Positions 25,355-39,957 of a DNA stretch of 64,000 nucleotides are shown piece by piece. The stretch's first letter is position 1; the number at the start of each line of letters is the position of its first letter. The DNA lies in contig NC_087252.1 of assembly GCF_037042905.1 (NCBI RefSeq), positions 18,230,001 through 18,294,000 of the forward strand, given 5' to 3'. Origin of the DNA: Lytechinus pictus (lineage: Eukaryota). The notes beneath the pieces are model-generated. The model searched no databases and was not told the DNA's origin. It worked only from the letters and a program-made list of their open reading frames with translations. The translations under genes were made by a program, and so were the position numbers.

Positions 25355-25982
25355 TAGGGCATTAGCGTACATACGGGGGTGCAGAGGGGGCGGACTGCCC
25401 CCTGACGAGTCACAACCCATGCAAGGGACGTATCCCTGCCCCCGTGACGAGTTACAACTGATCCCTGACGTGCCAGAAGTGGCTCCTTTGAGAACTTGAT
25501 GACCTTTTTTCTTTTTTTTTTGCTTGTCCAATTTTTTGGCGGACGAATTCCCCCCCCCCCCCACTAGCGTACCTACGGAGGGGGGGGGGCAGAGGGGGCA
25601 CTCTGCCCCCCCCCCTGACGAGCCACAACCCATACAAAAGACATATACCTGCCCCCCCTGACGAGATTAAAAGACCTTTTTTGCCCCCCCCCTGACGAAC
25701 TTGAAGACCTTTAATGCCCCCCCTGAAGAGCCTGAAGCCTTTCTTTTTTTTTTTTTTTTTTTTTTGCTTGTCAAATAATTTTCTGGTACGAGAACCTAAA
25801 TTTTTTTTATTGAAGACCTTTCTTTTTTTTTTTCTTTTTTTGCTTGTTAAATTATTTTCTGGTACGAAAACCTAAATTTTTTTATTGAAGACCTTTTTTT
25901 TTTTTTTTTTTTTTTTTTTGCTTGTCAAATTTTTTGGCGACCGATTTTGCCCCCCCTGTGGAAAATCTTAGGTACGCCACTG
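25355..25982. mobile_element. Poly-G/C-bounded non-autonomous element(s) with CCCCTGACGA and TTGCTTGTCAAA motifs
   Basis: Repeated internal motifs and right end GTACGCCACTG; similar motifs at 33699-33850, 34290-34545 and 37829-38072. Confidence 0.5.
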
Positions 25983-27785
25983 CCCCCCCCCCCTTGGGGT
26001 AGGGAGAAGTTGGAAAGGCGAGGTAGAGACAGGTTACAAGGGGGATTCTGGTACCCACATCATGCACATGGAACCGATTAAGACCTAAATATATGTTGAT
26101 ATGTCGGAAATCTCAGGCAACCTTTTATAGGACGTCAAGAAGAACCCCCGAGAAGAACGATACATTGTAGCCAGATTTTGCTTCAACTGATCGGAAGTAG
26201 AAATCGGTTTAATTTCATTATTTTACGGGGGGGTTATGTCTCGCGCGGGGGTGTATGCCGACATTCGTGGGCGTATCTTTACGACTTCCATGTTATTTAG
26301 GATTTCCAGAGTTTGATGCAGGCAATTGTTATCACCACTGAAAACTGCGATAAACATATTTTCATATTAAAATTTAAAACGGCATATAACCATGGTAACG
26401 CGAATGGATTAGGTCTTTGACATCCGAACTGAAACCAATTTCCTGTCAATCACGGATGTATTGTTTATCATCCAATGTTATCATGTTGTCAGAAACAACA
26501 TGATAGTCTTCATCCAATACCAGTGAGTTTAATCACTTTCAACAGACTTTTAAAATGCATATTTGGGATATTTCATCAGTAAATGTAATTTGAAAAAAAG
26601 GCTATTCTGTTATATGTATTCTATTCTTAGAAAAATTGTAATCTTATATTTTGTGAGTGTTCTCTCCTTAGCGGCCAACACCTATGAAAAAAGTTCTATC
26701 ATTTTTGTATCATCTTCAAAATATGTCCCCTCGAGCAGACAGTCAGAATTAATCTAAGACTAGCCCGTGTAGACAGAAATGTTCGCTGACCCCGGCTCAA
26801 CAAGGGAGGGTATCTCCTTACGACATAGGATCAGCATGGTATGTATTGGACGCGAATGAGCCCAGCTAAATACCAGAGATGCCTCGCCGGGTCCCCCAAG
26901 ACTTAAAGACACGTATCAATCATTGAGGACACATTCGAAATAATTATGAGTCATGAGAAATGAACGGATCGGAGGCAAATCTCGAGAGTGATTGTGGATT
27001 TGCGGTTACGCAAAGTTTGACGCATCACGTGATGCCAATAGGTGACACAGTCATCACTCACTGACGCATTGGATGCCACTACTGGCATACAGATGTAGGG
27101 GCGGGGGGGGGGGGCGGGCTAGGGGAAGTTGCACCCTTCAAAATTCCTAGACCGATGAAAAAAGAAAAGGAGGAAGCGAAGGAAATGAAATGAAAGGGGA
27201 AAAGGTTAATTTCAAACCTTTTTCAGAATAATTATGTTAAAATCCGTTACAAAATCAGATTTTCATTTGAAAAAAAGTCAATTATTTTATTGTTCGCTTC
27301 ACTCGCTTACGATTTTTTGAAATATTTCCCGTAAAGCTAAGACTAACCTTCAAACTTTCTACCTTTTTAAGCAATCTAATTATGTAAAGAAATCCGTTAC
27401 AAAATCAGATTTTCATTTGAAGAAAGGTCAATTATTTGCGTGCTCGTTTCACTCGCTCAAGACTATTTGAAATATTTTCCCGAGCAGTAAGAATACCCTT
27501 CAACATTTTTTATCCTGTTTATGCAACATGACACCACTTAGAGGGTGATGTACGTCATGAAATACAGAAACCATAGGAAATACTGTCATTTCATTTTTCC
27601 GATATCATTTCTACGGTTACTTACCACGCTTATAATATTCATTAATTATATTCACGCGACTATACGATGATTAAATTACCTATATTTCAAAATCTTCAAA
27701 TCTTTTAAAGGTTTTCATATCGAAATCTTGTTTCATGTACATTAACCTTCATTATACTCAAATTAAGTGTTTTACGAAACACAGA

Positions 27786-28096
27786 GGCCCGTATTCTGAT
27801 AGCAGGTTTAACTTAAACTCAGGTTTAAAGTTGTGGTTTAAGTATGGATAGCCAATTGTTACACTAATCACTAACAGTAGATATATCATACTCCAGCTCA
27901 TTTGGCTCTCAAATCATTCATAATTGTCTAGGAAGTATAAATTGATGATTGTCTCCACCATCGATGAATCAGGAAAAAGAACAGTAAACATAAGAAACAT
28001 TCAACTTAATAAAAATGTTGATACTTTTGGCTTCCCATACTTAAACCACAACTTTAAACCTGAGTTTAAGTTAAACCTGCTATCAGAATACGGGCC
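27786..28096. mobile_element. PIF/Harbinger-like MITE
   Basis: About 60-bp perfect TIRs starting GGCCCGTATTCTGATAGCAGG, with a 3-bp AGA duplication. Confidence 0.85.
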
Positions 28097-29169
28097 AGAG
28101 AGTTATTCACGAATCTTCCTTCACACTCTCACAGGAACTTGAAAAGTAACCGGCTGGAAATTTTTACGAGGGAGGGGGGGGGGTCACCCCAGGTCAATTA
28201 TCATTCCAAAGCACGAATGTCACGTTTAGGGACGATTGATTTGTACATTCATGATTCATAAATGGAAAAACAGCTGGTATTCCTTTGCGTTAACACATCC
28301 ATGCATCTCAAACAGTTTAGCCTTCAAACGTTAAAGGATGAAGAGGCTGGGAATGGGAGGGGGAGGGGGGCTTCCAACATCTGGATCATTCATTATTTTC
28401 AAGCACATAATGTATCTTAGAGAGAGGGAGAGAGAGAGAGGAAAGAATGATACATTCAGGAATAGCACAACAGCTGCTGCGTCTTCTTGAATCGAATGTG
28501 ATACGGCCTGCCACAAAGTATTAGGGGGACATCGACGTTATAGATTCAGCGAGAGAGCGAGGCGAGCCACTTGTATTTGATCAGTGGAGTTCGCGATTTG
28601 GGTGGAAGCTTTGCAAATATATAAAGTTTCCACACACGCACACAACGGAGAAATGCGGGGTTTTTTCAAGTGAGTGATTATTTTCGGGGAAGGGGGGGGG
28701 GTAGGGGGCAACTGCCCCTATTCCTTTGTCCGTAGCCATGAGGTAGCATGTCTTTAAGCAAGTGGATACCATTTCAAGAATAATGCTGTCGTGTAGGGAC
28801 TTGTTCTATCCCAGTCCGAGTCGAAGTTCACAGTGACTCGAATTTAATTAGAAGGCCTATATGACTAACAGAACCAACCTCTAATATAGAGCATTAAAAA
28901 ACATTCAGAATTCTAATGAAATGGGCTGCATTCTTAGATTAGAATCATAAAATTAACTTTGAAAATTAGATACCAACCAATTAGACCCCCCCCCCCCCCT
29001 CTGGAGGGGGTGGGGTAGCATCTTCTCAAGGAACTCAAAGGCGATCGAGGGAGCGAAGCTACCGAACTTGTGATCATGGGGGGCGCTTTTGAAAGTGAAA
29101 TGAATTAGGCTTTCGGGCACACTTTTTGTGATTTTTTTTTTTTTGGGGGGGGGGGGTCATTCATGTGTA

Positions 29170-29694
29170 ATGTATGGATATTGAAGTTGCATCAAAATTT
29201 AATGAAAGTTTCGCGTATTTTTCACAAAACAGTGACATGCACATCTCAGCGACATGCAGATGACGCAGTCAATGATGTCCCTCACTCACTTTTTCTTTTG
29301 TTTTTATTGTTTGAATTATACAATATTTCATTTTTTTTACAGATTTGACAATAAGGACCAACTTGACTGAACCGTATATTATTAAACATGGCTAAATCTT
29401 CACGTTAATGGAGGAATTTAATCGTGGTTTCACTTGACAATGAGGAGAAAACTTGAATGTTTCATATTTTTCACAATGAAATACAAAGAAATAGTGAGTG
29501 GATGACGTCATCAGTCTCCTCACTTGCATATTAACCAGGATGTGCATATAACTGTTTTGTGAATTTAAGCAAAACTTTTAAATGCCATAACTTTCTTATT
29601 TTACGTCCAATTTTGATGAAATTTTAAGTGTTATGCTTCTTGGAATTTTCTCTTTTTATTCAAATCAACTTTTTTGTTGGAATGAACTTGTCCT
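29170..29694. mobile_element. Truncated Kolobok-like non-autonomous element
   Basis: Right end GAACTTGTCCT-TTAA; similar style to 36346-36932; left end not seen. Confidence 0.45.
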
Positions 29695-32600
29695 TTAACT
29701 TTTCATTTACATGTTTTAGCTTAATGCACAGTGCACAGAAAAGAATACTCGATAAGTAAACATATCCAAAGTTTGCAAAATATGGCCTTTATTTCCAAGG
29801 CAAAACCGTCAAGATCGCAAATATTGAAAACAAATAAGCTTGATAATATCTATTTGCTTTGAGTATGTTGAGCAGCCATCGAGACTGCCAATGGGAATGT
29901 ATACTGTTAACCACGAAACAACATCCAACCGCTATAGTCGTATAAGGACCGCTATTCATAAGGAGTGGGACCAGCAGTCGTATTAAAAAGCTCACAATTC
30001 ATAATGATAATTATAAAATGAAGGTCGCCAATTACAATAGAGATAGTAAAAATAGGTTCACTATTCGTAATCAGGGAGGGGGGGTCGCTTATAAAAACTG
30101 GTGATTAGACGAAGTGATGATTTGACCAAAATATGGTTGTTAGACGAAATAATGGACGGAATGGCATTAGACTATGATGGTAGACCATGACTGTCGTGAG
30201 TGGACGAGTTGGCAGTGGACGAATTGGCAATTTACCAGGAAGGGTGGGGAGCAGAAAGGGAAAGAAAGATGAAGGAAAACCGGTTGACTTTCGGAAGGAA
30301 GGGGGTCGGCAAAATGCTGACCTATGTCGACTCATGAAACTTTTCAGGAATAGAGCTCTGCGGGCTTCTAATTCGAATCGCTGTGAGGTGATGAGTATAG
30401 TTTCTGCTTTCAACTGAAATGATATTCTGGAACAAGTTCAAAGATGCAATCTCATTGAGGAACATCTCGTATAACAAGAAAATATGATGTTATATTGGAA
30501 AGATAGGACTGGAAGGAAACGGACATGACCCAGCAACAATAGTGCAAGCGTGTAGGCCTATTTCTGTTTCATTTTTTGTGAAAATTGATTTTTGTTATAT
30601 CCCCTGTGCTCTGATTATTTATTTCACATGGTTTCACGTCCCAAAAAGGGGAGAAAAATAAAGAAAGGAAAAGGGAAAAGGTGAAATATAGTACCTCTTC
30701 CTGAAAAGATGTTTGTATTTAAAAGATCGTCTTTTTTTTTGCTCGCTCGCAACTTAAAAAAAAAATGCCCCATACACCATGTATGGCCCCTTATAATTGT
30801 GGTTCATTACGCATCTGGTGCTGAACATCCAACAATAACCCTACCTTGATATCTCCCCCATACCATCCCGCCCCTCCCTTTTTGAAGCAGATGAGCAGCT
30901 CATTGTCAACCCTTCCCCATACCCTACTTACGTCCCTTTATTATGTCCCTTGTTGCTCCCGTTAAAAAAGTACCCTTGCTACGCCCCCTTTTCTCATTTA
31001 TTTTTCTCAGCTTGACTCGGCTGTTATTCACGACAGGAAGTTTCCTACCAGCTGATCATATCAGTGATCATTAAAGGGGAAGTATACTCTAACAACCCAA
31101 CATAAAAATTCTTTGAATAAAAATATATTTTTAAAAAGGAGAATAACGCTGAAAAATCCACCAAAATCGACTAAAAGAAACATTTTATTTGAATAGAAAA
31201 CAGAGGGAGGTAAAATGGAAATAATACCAATAGAAGGGCATAGGACCGGGGGCGGCGAGACTGAGGAGGCAATAATGGAGACCACATCCCGTCGCTCACA
31301 TTAAACAGACATTATGCGAATGATTATAAAGTTTTTTCCCCTTAACTAAATTTTCGGGCCCTTTTTCATATGAAATGAAAACATATTTATATATTTCTCA
31401 CTAAAAAGTCGCGAGCGAACGAACGTTTTGACCTTTTAAAATAAAAATCTAATTTTATGATCTATAGATTTTTTACACAATATTTAGAAAATAGTATTGC
31501 ACGAGTTCCTTTTGCTCTTCTCCTCCTTTATTTTCATTTATCGCACTATTTTTTGGGTCCAGTGCCCCCACTCCCATTCTATATTCACCATAGTAAACAC
31601 TGATTTTCTACTATCAGGGTAAACAGTGACACTTGGTTTGTTTATATAGGCAGGAAGATGGTGAGACGAGGCTATGTCCAGTCTCCCTTGGCTTGGAGAG
31701 TTATCAAAAAGCGGGGAGAAATTCACGTCACAAATTGCTTGAGAGATGGTCAAATGCAAACTGATTTATGCCCCTTGCAAAAAAGTATGTACCTTTATCT
31801 GCGTTATGTCTCGGGCTTTTGATTTATGGCGGTAATTAATCAGTCGATCGGAAACTGTATATAGTCCTAATCATGAATTCTATTTGCTGTTTAATTTCCG
31901 GAATGTCTCATAAATAACCGGCCAAGAAGCATTTGGCGTATTTTTTTTCCAACTGTAATTGATGTGTACGAGTTATAGTAAATTATATGCAACCAACTCA
32001 AATATACACAAACATCTTTGAAAACTGCAAGAATGAAATTGAAAATCGTTGGTGCGAATAATTTAATCGGCCTATGACGTATAATTACCGAACAGCTCCA
32101 TTATATAAAATAAAATGTGCTGCTATTCATAATTTATTCTGGTTTGGGGTCGGAGGGGGGGGATAGTGGGCAAACTTCTTTAAGACAAGATAGCCCCCCC
32201 CCAACACCCCCAACTATATTCAATATACATATTGTTATGAAGAGATTCTTGCTTAAGAACCGAATCTTATCTTAATCCTTCTAATTATAGGTAATTGCCA
32301 GTGTGTTTAATTAGTTAATTAGCCCTGAAATTAGTTATGTTGACTTACTGCAACCACAATAATCAAAACTAAATCGGTTTCTAAAGAAAACTAACCAAAT
32401 AGACAAATAGCGAAATGGGGCAAATAACAAAAAAAATGCATTTTTAAGGAGCCATTTCTGTATTTTGTGATACAATTTCGATATTTCATTTTGTAGGAAA
32501 ATACAATTAATGAAAATGGATTGCTGCATCATCGAGAAAATCTTGAGATTTTTTTTAAACAGTCTCATAATTTTTTGATTTTCATCCGCTAATTTGTCCC

Positions 32601-32914
32601 TGATTGAAATAACATTGTATTAAGTTTGAATGGAAATGAAATAGAGGATTTAATTGAAATGAATGCTAATTATGCTACAACTTAGGTCCATATATAAATC
32701 ATTGCTGTTTACTAACAATCGTAGTAAACGTTTAGTGATGTCTGGGGCAAAGAGCAACCCTTGACATGATTGTGGTTCCTATGTCGTAAATACCAGTGGA
32801 ATGAGTAATTCCAGATATGTCAATACGCACTAAGAAGACGGAATTATAGTGATAACATGCAGACTGCACACGAGACAAGAGGAAGATAAAGAAGGGTCGA
32901 CTTGTCTGGGAGAA

Positions 32915-33280
32915 GGGCGGGGCAGGGGTGGGGAGAGGGAGAGATATGAAGAGAGAGGGAGAGAGACAGACAGACAGACAGACAGACCATGGAGGTATAT
33001 TCTACCTCCATGGACAGACAGAGAGAGAGAGACAGAGACGGAGGGGGTGGGGGCTCTAGAGGAGTGGAAGAGGGAGAGAGGTTAGACAGGGGAAGAGATG
33101 TATAGAGGGGGGTGCCTCCGGCGGTGTGGAAGAGAGAGAGAGAGAAAGAGGGGGAGAGATAGACTGATAGATGGGGAGGGGCAGAGACAGGTGGATAACG
33201 AGAGAGGAAGAGGAGGGGTGAGAGAGAGAGGGGGATGGGTAGGGGAGATAGGGGGTAGAAGGGGCTTGGAAGGGAGGTAA
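32915..33280. repeat. Purine-rich (GA/GGA/GACA) low-complexity tract
   Basis: Directly visible. Confidence 0.85.
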
Positions 33281-34655
33281 AAATAAGGAGAGGGGTTTGA
33301 ATGTCCTGTCTGTACAAAATTAATGATAGCAGTATAAATGTGAACTCTGTCTTTGGAAATATTTTTTGCAACTACTTGTAAAAAAGTCCTGACTATAACC
33401 ACGAATTTCATAGCAAATTTACAAAGTAAATAATTACAAGTTGATGCAAATCCCTTGGTAAATCTAGGAGGCAATACATGCTCGCGTCTCATATTCAATG
33501 AATAGCATACGAATCTATTTTTTCTGCGAAAAGGGCACGATGAATAGAAATAATCTAGCGGATAAAATCACATTGAGTAGAATCGACACGTGAATGCGTG
33601 TCGGAATTCAAACTGAACGAAACAAAAAATCATGTAGTAGTAGTTGCAAAGTTCATAGAAGCTAAATAACCTTGTTATCTGTGAAATTGTGGTACATACA
33701 GTGGCGGACCCAGGAGGGCACTTTTTTTGGCTTGTCAAATTTTCGCGAACAAAATAACCTTGAATTTTAGGTGAAAACCTTCTCTTTTCTTTTGTTTTGC
33801 TTGTCAATCATCGGGAAAATGTGCCCCCTTTAATCCTGGATCCGCCCCTAGGTACAGTGTCCCATTTTATCATGTTTATAGGCCTATATCCGCTGCTCTC
33901 ATGGCTAACAGCTTGAGATACGATGGAACATTATAACATTCAGGAATAAACGGATGCATTACATATGATCACTGGGAACATAGTGCATTTTTGTTGGAGA
34001 GAGCTTACACTTGATTTGATTTGTTTTGTTTTCTTCTGCATGAATTCATATCATTCATGTAATACAATTTTTCATATTTCTAATAATCATATTAAATGGT
34101 GACTTGTTTGGCGTGAGCCGTAAATTGAAATATATCGTTGCAAACAGAAATGATATACTATGTGTAACATTCATTCACTGTGCAGAAGGATTCATTAGCA
34201 GATTGCTTTAAAAAATATAACAAAACGCAATTATATTATAGCAACGTTCAAGAAATGATTTCATAAGTATTAAACATGGGTGGAAATCCTAGGGGGTGGA
34301 CAGGGGGAAGCGTGCCCCTATACCCAAAATAGTAGGGGACACAATATCAAATGACCCCCTACTATTTTTGGTCTTTTATGATGGAAAGAAATACATCATT
34401 CAAAATCGAATTAAAACATGTATTTTGGACGAGATGACCCTACTTTTTAGGTAATAACCTTCCTTCTTTTTTTTTCTTCTTTTTTTTGCTTGTCAAAATT
34501 TCCAGCCCCTGGTCCCCCTCCCTTTGGGGAGGGATTTCCGCCCTTGGTATATTAAAAAGAGAAGATGACACTACAGGTGTATTAACACAATAACCATGAT
34601 AATCATGACAATAATGATGGACAAAACTTGTTCAGAAAGCGATATGAGGACTTAC

Positions 34656-34692
34656 CCCCCATCCCTTGATCTCGACTCATACATCCTCCCAT
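34656..34692 (-). CDS. GLIPR2: Probable first coding exon of the GAPR-1/GLIPR2-like gene (MGGCMSRDQGMG)
   Basis: AAAATGG start context, perfect GTAAGT donor, phase 1 matching the exon at 7876. MGxxxS N-myristoylation consensus as in GAPR-1. The link between the two exons is inferred. Confidence 0.7.
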
Positions 34693-36345
34693 TTTGTCCC
34701 CGGGTGTTCTCCGATGCTACACGACTAGAAGATGATCAGACGCCTCAGACAACTTCAGGAACGGAACCAGGCAAGTATTAATATCCAAAAGACCAACTTT
34801 GCAACGACGATTGTGTGGTCGAAGAAAAGAAATCTAGAGAAGTTCGGTCCCACAAGAATGATAAACCGTGGATACTTCCCTGATTAAAATAAAACATACA
34901 GTCTCGATCACCAAGATAAGCAAGTTCTTCCGAGAGATCGAAATATGCATGGGGGTGCATGTGTCTCTCTTGCTCCTGTCTCCGCTAGCGCTCAGAGCTC
35001 TTATTGCTCACCGCTTGCATGCTTGCTTCACGATCTGTTTAATTTGTAGCCCGCGCGTCTAATGATTCGATTATTTACCTCGATAGAAAGCTCTTCACGC
35101 AGAAGTTGGACAAGAACTGGGGATCTATTTTCAAGGTCCGTTCTGCTCCGGTTCTTGGACAGAGCTTTTAAAGGATAACAAAAGAGCCGGCCCTGGGGGC
35201 ATTCATCCATCTCTCACTCTCTCCCGAATACAAACAATCAATAATTTGAATCGCCATGATCGAAGAAATTGAAATAATTGTTGGGTTTGTTTCCTTTTCT
35301 TCGTATATAATTATGATTCAGAGAAGGATTTCGCAGCCAAATTGACGGAGCAGAGTGGAAATCATGACAGATTTATTCCGTTAATTGTTTATTCATCAAA
35401 CCCGGAAGTAAATAACAACAAAAACTTTAAAGTTTACATGATAGGCCTATAAGAGTTTAGCAACACTTCAAGCATACTCTTTTAGGAATAGTCACTACTC
35501 TCTCCCCCTCGCTAAGTTTTCCCGCGCTCCCCCTCTCTCCCCCCCCCCCCCCTCTTCCCGCGCTCTCCCTCGCTCTCGCTCCCCATCTCTCTCCTTCCAT
35601 AGATCAATATTTGAAATTGATCCGAGTTATTGAATAAGTGAATGCCTACACATTTCAACAACAGAAGGGTTATTTTACAGGCCCTATTAGGTTTTAATAG
35701 GTATATTTTTACATGAACATCTCCCAACATTCTTCTCGATCGTTTCTTTATTTTTCTATTTGATTTAATTTTCCTTTCCAACTGCCTATACCTTGGTCAC
35801 AAATGATCTACGGCGGCCGTACGGCGAGTCGAAAACAGCCGTTTTAACATTTTTTTGTACCAGCTACACATATAAAAATTGAATAAAACGGCTGTTTTCG
35901 ACTTGCCGTACGGTCGCCGTAGATAAAATGTGACCATGGTATTAGAAAACCATAGGGCGATTGTCCCCCCACCCCCCCCCCCCCCCCTGGTATCCAGGGT
36001 GACCTCCACCATCCTGTACCCGACACACACATTCTCAAATCGTGGATCCCGATCTCAAGAATAATAATGGTAACAGATTAATAGACGCACTGAATTAGCT
36101 TCTACAGGTTCATGATTATTCACAGTCTGAATTATGAATATGATTCAACTTGTCGCATAGAATCATTACCATTCTGTTTCTGCGTTAAAGCAAATCAGTG
36201 ATAAGTGCAAACAAATCCCGATCTGCGTCTTTTTCAAAACCCTGCCCTCGAAAAATGAATTCGCCGTTTATTCACACGTCACGAGCCAACGAATCTCTAA
36301 AGCAAATACACAAATGTGACAATAGCAAAGCCTTGATTTACTTAA

Positions 36346-36932
36346 AGGAGGAAGTCAACCCTAACTTCAAATTGATTTTAATAAAACATCAAATAAGAGA
36401 AACATATTATGAATGGAGGTTTGACGAAAATCCATCGAAGAATAGCAGTTCACTTTGACAATAAGTTTATGAAAAATAATTTAAAACATATTGCCGAAGA
36501 TTTGAGAAAAATCCATCAAAGAATTAAAAAGTTATTAGAATGTTAATTATTTTATTTGTGACGTCATATGCGAGCAGCATTCCTCATATAGCGAATGTTA
36601 AAAGACAATCAATGAAATGTCATTTTCTCAGAAAATTGTAAATGTTTTCTACTGTACCTTTTTGTATATCAATAGACAAATCATTTCACACCCGATCATG
36701 AAAAGAAAAAAAAAATTCATCAAGAACCATTTAAAGAATGAAATTCATGCATTTTATATGACATAACATACGGGGCAGCTGCTCGTTTATGATGTCACAA
36801 ATCCATAACTTTTGATAATTTTTAATAACTTTCTCAATCTTTAACGGATTATCCTCAAACCTTTACCAATATTTTTTTCTATAATTTTCTGCTACTTTTA
36901 CAACAAAATATTCTTCAGGATGAACTTCCCCT
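36346..36932. mobile_element. Kolobok-like non-autonomous element
   Basis: TTAA-AGGAGGAAGTCAACCCT ... AGGATGAACTTCCCCT-TTGA, imperfect TIRs at a TTAA-like site. Confidence 0.6.
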
Positions 36933-36972
36933 TTGATATATTGTGTGTGTCTTTAATTACCTGGTAGCATCT

Positions 36973-37142
36973 GGTGGGTGTTTCATGAAAGTTGTCAGCA
37001 CTGACTTAATTGTCAGTGCTGACAAATTCAGTGAAATCCTTGGTTTTGATTGGCTGAGAGGCACTGGACTCTGACTGTTACTATGGCAATTGTCGAAGAA
37101 AGACAACTTGTCAGTGCTGACAACTTTCACGAAACGGTCCCC
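36973..37142. mobile_element. Palindromic MITE, Harbinger-like
   Basis: GTTTCATGAAAGTTGTCAGCACTGAC / GTCAGTGCTGACAACTTTCACGAAAC. Confidence 0.7.
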
Positions 37143-37230
37143 AGAACTCTGCGATGAATAAGTTTATAAGTTTCATTAACCTCAAGCAGTTGTTCTATTT
37201 ACTGTAGTTTTCTCATCTGATCTTACTCTA

Positions 37231-37435
37231 CACTAAAAAAAAATGGTTAACCCAATATTGGGTAAAATTGAAACATGCATGTTGGTTGGGTAAAAAGCTA
37301 CCAAATATTTTGTAAATTTTACGCAATGTTGCGTTGAAATAGCCCAATGTGAGATAGAAAAAAAATACCCAGCAAACATGCATGTTCCCTTTCTACCCAA
37401 TATTGGGTGAAATTTTACTTTGTGATTTTAGAGTG
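37231..37435. mobile_element. CACT-ended MITE, TA-flanked
   Basis: TA-CACTAAAAA...TTTTAGAGTG-TA; ACCCAATATTGGGT near both ends. Confidence 0.7.
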
Positions 37436-37472
37436 TATAAGTGATCATCCTAATCTTATACTGCCTTCTATA

Positions 37473-37697
37473 CACAGTAAAAACGCTGTTTAAGATTGTA
37501 TACAACGCTGTTTACTATAATTTTATGAACCTTACAGTATTTGTTTAACCGTTTAAACAATAATGTTTAATTTATTGAAAATTAGATATTGAAAATTAAA
37601 CTTTGTTGCTTAAGATTTAAACACTTGTTTAAACTGTTTAAACAGTTACTGTAAGGTTCATATAGTAAACAGCGTTGTATAATTTTTGTTTACTGTG
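37473..37697. mobile_element. CACAG-ended MITE (copy of 22947-23170)
   Basis: TA-CACAGTAAA...TTTACTGTG-TA. Confidence 0.82.
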
Positions 37698-39389
37698 TAA
37701 CATGCTGTCCAAACATAAAAGGGCAAAACAAAACCACGCGAATTGTTATACAATAAAAGGCAAACGTTTTTAAACTGCATTTGGAATATAATTGTGTTAA
37801 AATAATGCTTATTAGATGTCATTCCCCATCAGGGGATAATCCAGGATTTTTCGAAAGGGGAGGCACATTTTCCCGACGAAAAATTTAGCAAGCAAAAAAA
37901 AGAGGGTTTTAACCCAAAATTAAGTGGATTTCGTTCACGAAAAAATTTGACAAGAAGGAGAAGAAGAAAAAAGGTCTTCACTTTGACGGCAAGTTTACAT
38001 TACAAACTTTAATTGTGCCTCTCAAAAGGGGAACACGGGCCGGCTGTGCCCCCCCCCCTGGATCCGCCAGTGTTCCTCGTTAATTGATCTGAAAATGCCC
38101 CTTAAAGAAGAAAAACACGGACAAAACGTATGCTGTCACTATACTATATTTGCGTGTCATCCGTTTCTTGTTTGCTTTGGCAGAGGAATTGATTGCACAA
38201 AATACACACCCATAAGCAAACCTAAACGTGTTAAGGGCTTACTGTACTAGATAAAGATCAAACATCGCATATTATAAACGTAAAGACTAAATTTTATATT
38301 CTATAAAAGGATTGGTAAAAATAACCAATTGTCGGTGAATATTATGTCCGACACATTAATGGTCAAAATTAACAAATTTATTGGTTAGAATCTATCAGGA
38401 TGTTTTGACCAGTGACCACATTTTCCGTCGGATTCATATTCACCAACGGATTAATTACTTTGACAAATCAGTTTTAAGAGGATTAAAACTTATAACCCCC
38501 GGAACCACCTGACCATTTATTTTTGTTTTTATTAATTAGTAATGTGTTTCTGTATTGATCAGTGCATATCATGTTGCAGGGGCCGCGAAAGGTTTTTAAA
38601 GTGGGGGGGGGGGGGGCTGACCATGCAAAAAATAAACCAATATCTTATCTACAAAGTCAATGGGAAACAAATATGGTAATTTTTACGTTTTTGTACACGG
38701 TTTTGGAAAGAAAAGTGGGGGCTGAAGCCCCCATCCCCTCCCGCTTCCGCGGCTCCTGTGTTAGTATTCAACAGTTCAATTGTTGTTGGTGTGAGTGCAT
38801 GGTAACCACGACAAATTTGAGAGTAATCGCTGAAAATTAAATTGAATTGAATTTAGTTTCATAATTTACAAAATCCCCTAACTAATACAGAAGATTGTGC
38901 CAATGGCAGTGATAGTGAAATAAGGAACCTGCATGAAAAGCAGAGCTTGTAAAGTTGTAATGTCGGCAGGTTCCTTAAAATGATGAAATTAGCAATCAAT
39001 TAAGGAGATCGAACACTTACAAAAACTTAGACTACAAAGGAAGAGCCAAAGATAAGCCTATAAAAAGATCGCAGGGTAAAGAATGAGAGAGAGGGTGGAG
39101 AAATAATAAGAACGAGAGAGGGGGTGAACGAAAAATATTCAAAACTAACGCAGTATATAAGAAAAAAGGTGGCAAATACATGGCAATGGACAAATATTAG
39201 CATGCACACTTTGTTCAGAAGAGAGAGTGGTTCCATGATATTTGCTCTGGCGACAATTGCTCCGATGGAAAATCTGCACGTTAAGCCAAACATAAAACCT
39301 TATAACCTCCAAAACTAAATAAACCCTAATCCTAATCTTTACATCATTCTGAACCAAAAAAATATATTACAATCCTAACTCTAACCCTA

Positions 39390-39628
39390 CATAGCAAAAA
39401 CTGGGGTGTTAACCGATGTACATAGAGGACCACACCAGTCATTTTACACCGGTGTTAAATTAACAGTGTTAGTTTAACACATATAGGTGTTATTACAACA
39501 CCTTTGGTTGTTACATTTACACTCTTTGGTGTTATGTTCAATCTCTAGGGTATAATTTTAACACCTCAGGGTGTGGTCCTCTATTAACACCAACTGGTGT
39601 CAGTTTTAACACCACAGTTTTTACAGTG
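39390..39628. mobile_element. CACAG/CACTG-type MITE
   Basis: TA-CATAGCAAAAACTG...CAGTTTTTACAGTG-TA; AGAGGACCACACC inverted pair. Confidence 0.75.
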
Positions 39629-39957
39629 TATGCCCTCTGAGATATTGAGACCGGAGAAAATGTCGTGTCACCGTCAGGGTTGTTGAGAAATAACGAAACC
39701 TTGAATCATTAATTATTTCGCTAAACATACCCTATTAATAAGTAGGCCTTTTCAATTTTAAGCCTCTCACAGTTGAATAGATCAAAACTACAATCGCCTT
39801 CGCCAAGCATGAGTTGAAATCGATCATCTTAGGAAGTAAATGAGACTGACTTTACCCACACATTTCACCTCATTTCCGTATTTTATGATATGTGATCCTT
39901 GGCCATTTTATTAACTCGACCAAAAGGATAATTTCCAATCCGGTCCAATCAACAATA

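Noticed and set aside
32844..33498. Pro/Leu/Ser-rich ORFs
   Set aside because: Derived from a GA-rich low-complexity tract.
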